A stretch of DNA of 61,310 nt, filler included, from Basidioascus undulatus (taxonomy: Eukaryota), in the NCBI GenBank assembly GCA_000826855.1. It is 5 parts of 5 records of this genome, joined end to end, with 100 filler letters (N's around TTAATTAATTAA, not from the genome) between each part and the next. Parts side by side here need not be neighbours in the genome. Positions count along the whole stretch, not along the records: positions 24,573 to 36,755 come from JTLS01000937.1; positions 36,856 to 49,036 come from JTLS01000938.1; 3 more parts are not named here. The stretch is one strand, 5' to 3'. The notes beneath the pieces were generated by a model, which made no database searches, was not told the origin of the DNA, and saw only the letters and a list, made by a program, of their open reading frames with translations. This document shows, piece by piece, positions 24,573 to 37,238 of this stretch (position 1 is the first letter of the stretch; each line of letters starts with the position of its first letter). The translations under genes were made by a program, and so were the position numbers.

Positions 24573-25992
24573 CCGCGTGACTCAGGCGGCGTATGCTGCG
24601 CTGAGCCGGGGAAGCGCGATAGGGCATGGCGCGAGCGCGCTCGGAGGCAGGCACGCCGCCCAGGCGAAGGAGGACCTCGAGGGGTTCAGGCCGCTCCATC
24701 CGTCGCATGCCCCTGCCGGGCCGGGCGCGATGTCGGATAAGGAGCGCGTTGAATGGGTCCGAAACTTGGGCGCCGGAGAGGGCGAGGGCGCACTGCTCGA
24801 CTTTGAAAGCGTCGCGAGTGTCGGGAGCAGGATGCAGAACAGCTGGGTGGGGAGCTTGAGAGCTCGGTGTGTCGTCCCTTCTCCCTCTTTCTTTCTTTCC
24901 TTCCTTTGACCCCCTCTCCCTGTCCTGTCGTCTTACCCGCTCAAACTTTCTCCCCTCGGTCGTACCCAGGGACCTCCAACCGACGCGCATCCCGCTGCGC
25001 ACGAAGCTCACCAAGCGCTGCTCGACGTGCCGGCATATCCTCATCAAACCCGACCCCAAAGCACAATCGACCAAGTTCAAGATCAAGCTAACCGCCTCGA
25101 TGTACCTCCCCTCCCTCACCGTCTCTCCCTCGCCGCACCCGGCCTTCGCGCGGCTCACGCCCGCCGGCGAACTCCGCGCCGGGCGGACCTACGCGTTCGA
25201 GCTGGCGCTCGCGAACCCCTTGTACGACCCGATCGGCGTGAAGCTGGAGGTGGTGCGCGTCGCCCGTGCGGACGGGGAGGCGGAGGACTGGGACTGGGGA
25301 AGGGGTTTGGAGGTCCGCATGGGCAAGGGCGCAAGGGAGAAGGTCCAGGTGGGCGCGTTTGCGGAGGTCTGGGACCTCGAGGAGGACGAGGAGGACGAGT
25401 ACCTCCTTGATCTTGCTGAGGGCGCCGTCGAGGGCGGGTCGACCGCTGCTGCTGCGCGGAGGAAGCGCCGCGCGGCGAGGGAGGGAAGCACGGTGGGCGT
25501 GCTGGAGGCGAAGGGGAATGTCACGAGGTTGGGGTTCGAGGTGGATGTGGGGCGGGAACTCGCGGGGCAGGAAGCAGCCGTGCGTCTCCGTTTCCCTTCT
25601 CTCTCTTCCTTCTTCCTCGCTCGTGCTTACCCCGTTGTTCCTTAACCCAGTTCCCCCTCCTCGTAACCTACACCTACCGCGAAGACACCGCTTCCGCCCC
25701 GCCCTCCCCCACCGCGCCCGCGCCCACCTCCAAGCCCTCCGCCGCTGCCGGCGCGGACGAGTCGGACGACACGCTCAAGGAGTTCGCGTTCCTCACGCTC
25801 GTCCAGCTCGGGGCCGTCGCGGGGCGCGAGCAGAGCGGCGGGGACACGGGCAGCCAGCGCGGGAGCATGCGCATCGCTTCTGGGTCGGGCGCGCCCGGCG
25901 GGCCGGGGGCGCCGGGGGACAGGTCCAGCGTGGACTCGAGTGTGGGGCGTGCGGCGCTGAGGAAGGAGAGGGGCGTGAGCGTCATGTTCTGA
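24573..25992 (+). CDS. DCTN4: Dynactin p62 subunit, 5'-partial
   Basis: DLQPTRIPLRTKLTKRCSTCRHILIKPDPKAQSTKFKIKL, ELALANPLYDPI. Ends GVSVMF*. Confidence 0.85.
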
Positions 25993-26496
25993 GGACGAGG
26001 GGAGAGGACTGTGATAGCACATCATTCGCATGCTCTGCGATAAGCGGTGTGAGTGTGCAGGCTGCTGGCCGGGACGTGCAAGACCTGATTGGTCATGGCC
26101 GTAAGTTTCCCAGCGGCTTCAGCTCTTCTGGTTGGATTTGTTGGGTTCTTCCGCGTAGTCTAGACTCATGCTGAGTGAACAGTCAAAGCTCGTTCGGCAT
26201 GTTGGTTGCGAGTTTGCGACTTGTGAAGATGGGCGCTGTGCATTATGGGTCGACACTGAGCAAGACAGATAATTACTGCGACAACTACGTTGATAACGAG
26301 GGTGAAGTGATGGGGTGCAGAAGAAATGTTGATGATGCCAAAGTGCAACGTCAATGTCCAGGGAAGAGAGAGTGAATTGCAGATTCCGATTAGGTATGTG
26401 AAACGAGAGAAGCGTCCATGCTCTACAAAAAAGTGGCAATCAAGCAAAGCTATAGTACTATCCAAACCAAGGGATACTCTATAGTGCGTGGGAAGA

Positions 26497-28759
26497 TCAT
26501 AGCAGAAGAACACCGACGGCGGCTGCAAACGCCAACGCAGCCAGCGAGCGAGCGTTCAGCTTCGCCGGCAGCGCGGCGCTCGTATCACCGTTGGGCGAGG
26601 CTGAGACGGCGGCACCAGAGGAGACAGGCGTGCGGGCCGTGCTGGACTGATCTGCAGTCGAGGCGGACGAGGTGGGTGTGCTCCTCGCCCTGCTGGCCGT
26701 GGACGAGGTAGAGCTCTCGGTCGCGGTGACGCCCTCGACGATGTCCATCGGGGTCACGTCGCCGTCGTTGCCGTCGGCACTGTCAGAAGAGAATCAATCC
26801 AAAGGATCAGTTAGAATGTTCGCCTAGAAAAGGGGGCAACAGTGGGGTCGGTACGGACTTCTGGTATGGCGGGAAGCCGCAGCCCTCAGCGATGGCGTTG
26901 ACAATCCAGTTGGCAGCGACGAGCTTGCTGCTCACGTATACGGACGACATATGGTCATTAGACTAAACGGTGTGGGATCATCGCAGACTTACGGGTACGC
27001 CTCCTTGAAGACACTGATCCCGCGCGGGACGTGCTCGTGCTGGAGGACCATTAGCCCGGGCGACTTTGGCTTGTCGATGAACTCCTCGAACCGGTCCGCG
27101 ACGTCTGCGTCGGATCCGACGACGCCCGGGCAGGCGGTGGTGTTCCGCCCCGAGGGGACGTTGAGGCACCAGTCTTCGGAATCGCTGTTCTGTCGATGAG
27201 TGCGACAGGTAAGTCAAGGTTGATATTGCCCATCGAAGAGCAACAAAGCATGAAGGCGCACCCAGAAGACAACGCGCAGCCCGAAGACATGCTTCATGAT
27301 GGCCTTGGTGCGAGCGTCGGCATCACCGTACGGCTGGATAGGACGAGAAATCAGCTCAAAAAAGCGAAGAGAGAGCTGAGGGAAAGATAATAACTTACGG
27401 GTCGGATCGCGGAGGGCACGCGACCGCCCGTGAGGTCGTGGATCGCCTGCATGCACCATCCTGCCGCATAGCGATCAGTTAGTGTCGGAGGCGTGCTTAA
27501 AGAAGGAAGAATTCAACTAACCGATTTCCGCCACAAGCTGCTCGTTCGTGACTGTGAAGCCAGGCTCGGTCTCAGCGAGTCAGTTAAAGCTGCGCTGTGT
27601 GGTCGCCACGGAACGCACGGGTGATGCCGAACCGATGAGACCACCTGAAGAACGGTGAGAGGTTATCAAACAGCATGGACTTATGAAGGACAACGACTCA
27701 CGTGTGTACCGCAATCTCCCCATCGGTCCTCGTAAAAGCCTGATTGAAAACGTCGAGGTACGACACGACTGCAAGTGAGCTTTAGTTAGTAGAAGCACGG
27801 GTGGTTTGATAACGTGGACTGACTGTTTGATCCGATCTGAAATGAAGTTCAAGTAAGACACCTAGAGTCACTTGTTCGATCGGCGATAAGCGTACCATGA
27901 AGTGCGTGGCAGCGAGATTGTTCTTGGCAAGGAAGTCGTACAGCTCGACCGACGCTGGCTGGCTGTGAACGGATACGCGCTGTCATTAAAATGCCCGAAA
28001 CATTGTAAGCTGCCACGGTGGTCTTACGGTCCCTGTGAAACGATGGAACGAGAATATCAGCGTTTGCCGCGGTACAACGAACACTTGGGACTGAACGCAC
28101 ATCGTCGAAAGCCAGAGCGTAGACCCCATCCGGTGCGACCTCGTAATCATCGGCATCCACGCACTGTAGGTAGACTGAGGTCAGGCTTGAGACCGCATCA
28201 AGGAGCGGTTACGGACCCCAGTGTGGGTGTGACTGCAGGTCGCCGCTGCCCGGCCTGTCGTTGCGTCGTTCGGGTAGCTGGAAAGCCGCACAACGTTCAA
28301 CTCTGTCCTATGAGCGTAATATCATAGGCAATTAGACTCACCGAGGAAAACCAGAGGCATCCAATATAGCCTTCAAATACGAAACTTCGTCAGATAAGGG
28401 ACCAGCTGTCCGGAAACTGATCCAGCAACTCACCACCGGCAAGTCAGGAATCAAGCCCTGCGCCTTCACCTCCTCGAACTTCTTCGTCCAGGCCTCCGGA
28501 ACCCTAGGTCGAGCGATAGGTTCAGAACAAGCCTTGCCACTTGTGAGTATTAAGGGCAAGAAGCTTACTGGGTTGGGATCTGGTAAGGCGTCGGAAACGT
28601 AGCCCGCCATGCTGCACTCCCCGGCTCTGGGCTGTCCGCCTGTTTGCGAAAGAGGTGCTGGACCGGAGCGGACTGCGCAAGAGAGGCCAGCCCAGGAGCG
28701 GCGACCATAAGCGAAGGGGCGACGATAAGCCCGGCGGCGGCGACGAGATAAGTCAGCAT
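26497..28759 (-). CDS. GPI-anchored chitin deacetylase (CE4)
   Basis: Signal peptide. Spliced ALAFDD|GP|QPAS..ATHFM|IGSN, VHT|WSH, IRP|PYGD, DSEDW, LMVLQHE. Ser/Thr-rich linker and hydrophobic C-terminus LAALAFAAAVGVLLL*. Confidence 0.9.
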
Positions 28760-30000
28760 GGCCGTGAAGCGCGCCGGTGCGTGCCTCGCTGGAGAAGCCG
28801 ATTAGAGACGGGAAGGAAGGAACGCGCAGGCGCTAGGAGGTGGAAGGGAGGATGAACAGGACAAGGAGAAGGTTGTGGTTGAAGGAAGAGATACTTCACA
28901 CTTGCGGACTGATGCCGTCCAGGAAGTCGTCGCGGTTCAGACTAGCGAAGCCTAGGACGACGACAGGCAATAAGCAGCCCCGCGTTTGCGGAGTGCGGCG
29001 GACGTCTGTTGCGGACTGACCATCAATAACAGTCATTCCTTATGCCACCAGGGTCGCCTACACACGTAAAGTGCGATATCGCCTCATGACCAGGGCAAAC
29101 TGTCCGCGGCCGGACATTGCTGGTTGTTCAGACAGGAGGCGGACGGACGCCTCGAGCAGGGGCCCATCATTTTAGACACGGCCCGTCAGGCCCAGCACCG
29201 CCTTCGACGGCACGCACCTGAATTTTCTTCTCCTCGTCGATCAGTTCAACAGAAGTTTTGTATCGATCTTTGCTGTATAGCGACAGATCCATAACGGAAA
29301 CCAAATATACGTTGGCTCGCAGCATGCGACTGATACACCTCTGTTGGCATGTCGTAGACGCGTTGCCGCAGATCTGCACTCCAGCTGCCGCCATCAGAGT
29401 CCGCCCAGTTCAGATGCGGACGAAACTCCCAGATTGTGCAGATACTTGGACATGTTTAAGCAACTGGAAGCCGGAAGCGGTGGTGATCGCAAAGCGCTTG
29501 AGAGTCGGACTTACACAGCCATTGGAGCGTCGAGCCTTGGCAGCGGAGCTGAATCTGGGGAAAAGGGCCGTCGGAAGCTAGGGTTATTTATACGTGCCAC
29601 TCGCAATTGGCAAAGTACTTCTAGCTTTGCAGTTTTTCAACTGAAGACGGCTTTGTATAAGGATGGATGAGCGTCTGCGCGATACAGCCTGTACAGGAGC
29701 GTGAGCAGCATCGCCTTTGACTGTGAATGTCTGAGCTGGTGATACGTGCAAGGACGCGACGGCTGGTCCGGCCAAGTATTTAAACAATAGACAACATCAA
29801 CATACACAAGGTATACCGGGCAACATGCGGGTACAACGCTGACTGAGGATGCAGTGCTGCCGCCTTGGGGACGACTCCTGTCGTCGTTTCTTTTCCCCTC
29901 AGGCTGTTCGCTGCTGGCTTTGCTTCTCCACTCTCCCTGCGGTCACTCTACCACTTCCCTCCCAACCCGCCGATTCCGCACAACGGCGTCCCATCACCAG

Positions 30001-30830
30001 ATGCCAAAGGATCTGCTCCTTCTCATCCTGGAAACCTACCTGCCTCGCTACTTCCCGTTGACGGGGAGTGCAGAAGCGTGCCGCACGCTGGCCATGATTG
30101 CTCTTTGCTCGCGAGAGCTTACAACGTTCGTGTGCCGTTGAACCTAGAGGCTGAAGAATGAGCGTGTAAACCAGATCGCCAACCCCCGGCTCTACGCCTC
30201 GCCGACGCTGTTGACCGATTCGTCAGCATTTTTGTTCGAGCGCACGCTCGAGACTCGTCCCACGCTGGCCCAGGCAACTACATCGTATCTCGGAGCTCGA
30301 AGCCCTGAGCACTGTATATCAGTCATCCATCTCGTCGATCCCACTCTCCTCTCCTTGAAACCTGCTGCCAACCGGCAAGCCCCCGCCCAACGGAGTCGTC
30401 CAGCACGGGTCCACCGACGTCGAGGCTTTTTGGGCTCCGCCGCCCAGCCGCGCTCAGCGCAGACCACTGTCCAACTTCGCCAGTAACCTACCGCGTCTAG
30501 AGCGCCTACGCCTCAACGGCTACGCTCTCGGTTATCTGGCCTTCGGCACGGCGCTCCCGACCTCGCTGCGGGCGCTCTGCATTGTGGATATGTCCCCTTC
30601 GAACTTGCTATAACTTGCTATACCGTATGCAGCAACCGGGAGTGGAGTATGATCGAGCGGGTGAGATGGATGGAACCAAGTGAGCCGCAACCAGAGCCCT
30701 GGGACGGTTGTTCGAGGCTATTGTGGAGGTGTTGGGCTTTTTAGAGCTTGTGGATGAGGAGCAGGAATAGGGACAAGAGGCGCGCAAAGCGGTATACACG
30801 GACGGAAATCTGGTGAAGGCTAAATAGTGG
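30001..30830 (+). pseudogene. F-box-like gene relic
   Basis: MPKDLLLLILETYL...CRTLAMIALCSRELT | IANPRLYASPTLLTDSSAFLFERTLETRPTLA. Frame changes and stops follow. The 3' end is approximate. Confidence 0.45.
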
Positions 30831-31890
30831 GAGGACTTTTAAGCGCACGTTTGACTGTGTCTTCGGGCGCGACCTTACATACCTTCTCTTGTGCTGAATG
30901 TTGCCTTGTCTCCAATGTCCAGTAGTCGTAAATCAGAAGAGTAGTATTTCCAGATCATGGACTGATCCCGAGACAGCTTGTAACTGTATCACAATTCGCG
31001 CTCTCAACTTTGTTCCTCTGTTCCGCTTCGATGGATGCTTTGCCTTACCGACTGCCACGCCTTGTGCTGTTTGCGATGAAAGCTGAACGGAATGAATCAA
31101 CGGTCAAACGATCCTCGTAAGGACACAGCGGCAAGTATGAGGACCAACGCTGCAGTCCGTAGAACGCCTGGGTGAGCGACGGAACGTCGGCGAGGGACAT
31201 GACGAGGGCAGTCGACACACCAGCTGCCAGCCTCCAAACAGGTCCTGAAAACTCCGCCATAAACCCCGGGTATCCTTACTTGACATCCAGCCATCCACAT
31301 TGCGATGAAGAGGCAGGGATGCAGGCAAAAGAAGAGAAAGTTACGACACATTGCCTCGGGCGAGGCGATAACTGATTAAGCAGTTCTTCGTAACAAAACG
31401 TGTGGAGAGGGGAATGAGGGAGCGTATATGAAGGGATATGAACGGTGAAAAAAGCAAAAGGGAAAACGCAAAACGAAGACCGAAGCATGGGTGGGTAAGA
31501 TGGGGACTAAGCGAGGGACTTGCGAGTGCGACGAGGCGAAAAATGGGATGGCAGCGAAAGAAAGAAAAGATCAATAACGAGAGGGCATATAATGAGTTGC
31601 TCATGCAGCGGAGCAGGAAAATCGGACAAGGGAAAGAGTCAGAGCGTCAGGCGCGGGGGGTTATCGGGTTCCTTTTGTGGAGGGGGACGTGGGAGAGGAG
31701 GGGGGGAAAGTCCGAGGGGAGAGTTCAAGGACGATGCGAGGGAGAGAGTGGGGAAGGTCGGATCGGAGCGGGCGGTGGTGGCGAAGGGAATGAGGGTTCG
31801 ATTCCGGGGTGGTGTTGGCCCGGAACCGCATGGGCCGCGCGCTGGCTGGTGACAGCGCTCGCGGCATGACGCCGCTGTGCGCCCGAGCGC

Positions 31891-33626
31891 TCAGGATCGC
31901 ACGGAGACGGTCTCGGCTGCCGAGTTGATGTGGTCTTGGAAGTAGGGATGCGTCAAGGCGCGCTTGGCTGGTCGTTGCGCACAGGGGATCAGCCGACAGC
32001 CTCGAGACCGAGTCAGGAATGAGGGAAGGCGCACCGGAAATGCGATGGGCGGGGTCGTAGATCAGCGTCGACTGGGAAAAAGGGCAGACGCGTCAGAAAC
32101 AGAAGCAGCAAAATACGAAGGCGGCAAGTGGGTCGTACTGCGAGGAGGTCGACGCCGTCCTCGTCGAGTCCAGGCACGGCCTTGGCCAAGTCGACGCGGT
32201 GCCATTGCGGGAAGGAGGTCTTGTAGTCCGGGAGCGCCTTGACGCCCGGCCAGTCGTCCTCCGTCGGCGTCCCCAAAATCCTGAGGTTGCGCGCATATCT
32301 CAAGTTCAGCGACCAGCAAGGGGGGATGCAGCAGTCCGAACCGAGACGTACCGGAAGATCTTGAAGATCTCGTCGATCTCCGAGTCGCCGGGGAAGAGCG
32401 GCTGGCGCATGACCATCTCGGCGAAGATGCAGCCCACGGACCACATGTCGATCGCGGTCGAGTAGTGCCTGCTGCCCAGCAGGACCTCGGGCGCGCGGTA
32501 CCACAGCGTGACGACCTGGCCTCCCGACACAGGTCAGAACTATCCATAGCGGCAGCTGGCGAGCGTCCCGCCGGAGGCGCACCTCATGCGTGTAGGTCCG
32601 CAAGGGAATGCCGAATGCGCGGGCGAGACCAAAGTCGGCGAGCTTGAGGTTGCCTTCCTTGTCGATGAGCAGGTTCTGGGGCTTGAGGTCGCGGTGGAGG
32701 ATGCGGTGCGCGTGGCAGAAGTAGATGCCCTTGACGAGCTGGTACGTGAATTTCTACGGGCACGTGAACGGGCGTGAGCACGTCCAGCTAAGCGGGTGGT
32801 ACGAGGAAGAGGGGACGGTGGACGCACCTTCACGATGTCGCTCCCCAGCCCCTCACGCCCATGCCCGACCGTGTCCATGTACCTCTTCAGATCGAGGTCG
32901 AGGAACTCAAAGACGAGGTAGAGCTTGGCATCCGAGTGAATGATATCGAGGAGACTGGGTGGACGGAAGCGAACGAATGGGAAGCGGCGTCAGTGGTCGG
33001 CCCAGTCTCCGTCGGCCTCGAGGCTGTGAAACGCCCAGGAGCACCCGTTCGTTCTTCCCCCGAGCCTGCCCCTGCTGCAGGAGTGCGCCTCTCCCGACCG
33101 CCAGCAGGGCGAGCCGCAATACGATGCGTATTCGAAAGAGTCGCGTGTCGCCAGCGACTCGAACGCGACGTCGAAACAGCCGCTCCAGCAAAGTGAGACA
33201 GGCCGACCCGTGAGCGCGTGTCTCAACGGGTGCTCCCTCCACGAGCGTGCTCTCCTCCGGTCCCACCCTCCAGCCAGCCGAGAAGAAGGAACACCGCGCA
33301 CTCACCGGACAATATTGTCATCCTTGAGCTCTTTCAGCAGGCTGATCTCGCGGATGGCCGTGCTCGGCACGCCCTCGTCCTCGGCCTCGAGCCGGATCTT
33401 TTTGAGCGCCACGACCCGGCCGGAGCTGACCTCGCGGGCCTTGTACACAACACCGTACGTGCCTGCAGTGGATCCAAGAGTTCAGGGGAGGTAATTGTGG
33501 GAGGTAGATGCAGAACGGGCGGACCTTCGCCGACCTGAAAGCGCAGGGAGGGCGAGCTGTCAGCTTGGGTGCGAGCCTGGAGGTGGGGGCCGGACGGACC
33601 TTCTCGAGTCGCGTGTAGTTGTCCAT
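31891..33626 (-). CDS. CDC28: Cyclin-dependent kinase 1 (Cdc28/Cdc2)
   Basis: [87 protein letters not shown]. Confidence 0.95.
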
Positions 33627-34812
33627 GTCGGACAATGGCGGAAGGGGTGTGCTGCGTCGGTGCCTGGAAAGATATTGCTGGGATGAATGGAGCACCGTGC
33701 GGCGCAGATCAGCCATGCGCTCGCCGGTGGGCGAACCGGTACTCACGGGAAGAATTATGGAGTCAGCGAAATGGTGATCGTTCAGAGGAGAACAAAGAGT
33801 GTCGGCCGTTAGGATGCGGAGTTCAATGCGCAGATTGCGGTTGAAGCAATCCAACGAAAGAGGCGCCCAAAAGTTGGGGCAGGTCGAAGGGCTAAAGTGC
33901 GTCGGGGTCCTGCAAGCCTCCTCCGGCGCCGCGCTCAGCGTCTGCCTGCGCGTATGCTAGCGAACGCAGGCACTCGTTCCGCGCGCACCTGGAGAGTATG
34001 CTGCGGTCGTGAACGTATTTGACTGAGAAACGTTAAGCGAGGGGTCTTGGGCGTCGTCGTTGGCAGCGGGGGCGGGGGCGGGCGGTGCAAGGAAGGAAGG
34101 ACGAGCGAGGATGGCGGTTGGAGTGAGGAAGGGTTCAAAAGCGTCAACTGGGCCCGGTAGACAGCCGACGCGCTTTTGACGCGTCGAAGTTCACGCAGCC
34201 CGCCCGTCACCCCAAACCCGCAGCGTACTTTGTTCTTTTCTTTCTTCCGTTTGCACATCATTCAATCGTACACTTCTCATTGGTAACCAGTTCTACAACC
34301 CCTCTCTGCCTTCATTGTTCAGACAGCACTGCACGCGAGCTCCAACCAGGGCGGCAGCGGCTCCGGCCATGAACTCGAACCCTGCTTGAATGCAAAAGTT
34401 AATAAAGCGCTTCATGACACACTTGCATGGCGACATTTGCACACGAAACACTCCCGTTTCTGTTGTACATGTGTGCTTCCTCCGTTCATGTACGATATCT
34501 CATGTGCATCTTTCATGATCAAACCCGGCACCAGTCGAGCTTGCTTGAGCTGAAGGAGCCCGCAGCGTGTCGCCGATGCTACCGCTGACCTGTTCCCAAT
34601 TCAGTGCTGAAGGAGGCGTGGCAGACTCGATTGATTCACCAGCGAGCCAGGAGGAAATTGCATAGTGAACCGGGAAGGAATTGCTTCCAAGGAAGAGGTC
34701 GGTCTCCACAAGTCTGCATTGAGTCTCACAACGGATCAAGGCACGCTCTCTAAACTTTAGAGAGCCCTGGCAATTCTGCAGAAAGTTCTGTAAACCACTA
34801 ATGTTCATCACG

Positions 34813-36755
34813 TCACCAATGCGCCGAGTAGATATCCTTGCACACATCCTCCGGCAGCCGCTCGCCAGGGTTGTGGGGAATGAACCCGAGCTCCAGCCCG
34901 CGCTTGTACGACCACTCGGCAGCCTGCTCGTTCTGTCCATCCAACCGTCCACGCACCATCTTTTCTCATCAACGCATACTCAACCTCCTCAAAGAGTAAA
35001 GCGCAACGTACCTTCCAAGTCCAGAAGAACCACCCCTGGCCCGCCAACTCCCACGTCTGGACCCTGTTCCATCGCCCCTCCATCAGTGAGTTTCACCAGG
35101 CAACGGCATGCCAATGACGCAACGCCCAGGGGAGTGACGTACTGCGCATCGTAGAACTTGCGCAAAAAGGACTTGTACGACGCCGAGAAGTCGTCGCCGC
35201 TGCCTGTCTTGCCGGCGCACGACCCGACGGCCGGCGCGCCAGGGTACGTGCCGTCGTGCCGCGAGCCGGTGCGGCGGCCGTTCTATCGAAAGTTGAGAAA
35301 GAAGAACTGAGTGAGCATTGAGGAGCGAGGATGGAGGGAGAGAAGGGGGAGGGGAGGAGGAGCGACGCACGAGGTACAGCGCGCAGTCGGTCGGCGCGAG
35401 GGAGAACTCGCCCACGATCACGGCGTGCGGGGACTCGACGATGTCGTAGAAGCGGTTGCACATGACCTGCAAGCCAACCACCGCACCGAATCAGCCTCCA
35501 TCCGAAGCAAGCGTCCCGAATCAGCCTCCATCCGAAGCAAGCGTCCCAAGGCAACGCACATTGATCCGCTCCTGCTCGCCCATCGCGTTCTCTTGGGGCG
35601 AGAAGACCGAGTAGATGTGCTATCCTCCCCGCCACAAAACAATCAGACTTCCCTTTCCACCGGCCTGCGATCTCGAGCAGAGAAGGTGAAGCGTACCGTA
35701 TCGAGCTGCACGCCGTCGTACCCCTGCGCGGGCGTCATAAAGTCCTTCCACTGGCTAAGCGGCTTAAACGCATCATGAATGACCGTCCGCAGGCCGCGCT
35801 CGTTCGTCACCGTCCGGTACCCCTCGAGGTAGTACTGCCGCGCGGTCTCGACAACCATCTCGTCTATGAACCCCGCCGGCTGGTACCCCCAAGCCCCACT
35901 CAGCTTGGGAAATTGCGGAGAGGGGATAGACAGACGCACCTCATTAACAAGCTCGATAGACTCCACCGCCCCCGCGTACTCCGCGCGCGAAAACTCGCGC
36001 GCAAGGTAGTCGATCACGCGCAGGCTGCGCAGCTTGTTCTGCTCGTCCATGTGCCACGTCGCTTCGCCCCAGTGGCCCGAGTTGTCGAAGCCGTTCTGCC
36101 GGGGCGCACGTGCGCGTTAGGGCCTTCGCCTTCACCAGAGAGGGAGGGAGGGAGGGATAGGGCAGACGGACTTGGGAGCCGGGCACGCCGTGCAGGTCGA
36201 CCCAGACTTTCAGACCGGCCTGTTGAGCGAGACGCGTGAGTCAAAAGCCGGGAAGAAGGATGGGCTGTGCGGAAGGAATGAAAATTAACGTACCGCCGCG
36301 GCCCACTTAACGCCCTGTTTCAAGTACGGCAACTGCCCCGTGCAGTACGGTTCGCCCTCGCCCATCTCCACCGCCCTGCTCATGCGCCTCCCCGTTAGCC
36401 AATCCTCAACCTTCCACACTCAGGCAGGGCGGAGCAAGGGAAGGGGTGGACGTACCAGTACCCCACCGGAATCCTGACATGCGTCAGTCCCGCCTGCCTA
36501 ATTTCCACCAAATCCCGGTACCCATAGAAAGTCTCCCAGTGCTGTGTGATCCGCGCGCGCGCGTCGGCGCGCTCGGCCCGGGAGGAAGCGCCGCACCCGA
36601 ACGTCCATTCGTCGACGGTCGAGGGGGAGGGGAAGAGCGAGGGGGTGATCCATGGCTGGGGAGGAGCGGGGTATTAGCTGCTATGTCATGGGACTATGGG
36701 GAGCGGGAAAAGACGCACCTGAGTCACGCCCAGGTTGAACAGGCCCATAGCAGTC
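34813..36755 (-). CDS. GH5 exo-1,3-beta-glucanase (Exg1-like), 5'-partial
   Basis: GWITPSLF, AGLTHVRIPVGY|W, VWVDLHGVPGSQ|NGFDNSG, IELVNE|P (acid/base Glu), VIVGEFSLAPTDCA (nucleophile Glu), GWFFWTWK. Confidence 0.92.
35486..35547. repeat. Perfect 30-bp tandem duplication inside a glucanase intron
   Basis: CCGAATCAGCCTCCATCCGAAGCAAGCGTC x2 at 35486 and 35516. Confidence 0.95.
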
Positions 36756-36855
36756 NNNNNNNNNNNNNNNNNNNNNNNNNNNNNNNNNNNNNNNNNNNNT
36801 TAATTAATTAANNNNNNNNNNNNNNNNNNNNNNNNNNNNNNNNNNNNNNNNNNNN
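36756..36855. other. Artificial contig linker, followed by a 23-G run at the contig start
   Basis: 44 N + TTAATTAATTAA + 44 N; G run at 36856-36878. Confidence 0.98.
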
Positions 36856-37238
36856 GGGGGGGGGGGGGGGGGGGGGGGCGTGTAGAGATGTAGGATTGTC
36901 GAAAGGAGGGGAACTACTTCAGCTGGCAATGGACGATCTTTCAACACTCTGACAGTCGAGGGCCTCTGTCAAGATGATCAGCAGCCGTTATGTTGTTGTC
37001 TCTGAGTCCTCTCGGTTGACTCCAAAGTTTCTGGCACGAAATCATTCATCGCACCGTACTAGCAGGCACCTGGGTGTGCGAACCGAGAAACAAGTTACAT
37101 TCAGTCCTCACCCGTATCCGCATCCGCGTCTCGCTCTCGCGACTCGCCGCTTGCCCCCTTCTTTCTCTTTCTCTCCCCCAATCCAATCATCTCTCCAAAC
37201 TTCAAGAATCAACCCCTCCTTCACATGCTTTAGCGCGT

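Noticed and set aside
20280..33626. Two PSTAIRE kinases (PHO85, CDC28) close together as a cell-cycle cluster
   Set aside because: They lie on different contigs separated by an artificial linker.
34179..34184. ACGCGT (MCB-like) site upstream of CDC28
   Set aside because: A single 6-mer ~550 bp upstream in GC-rich DNA is expected by chance.
36856..36878. 23-nt poly-G as a G-quadruplex element
   Set aside because: It sits exactly at a contig start, so its length is unreliable and it may be a sequencing artefact.
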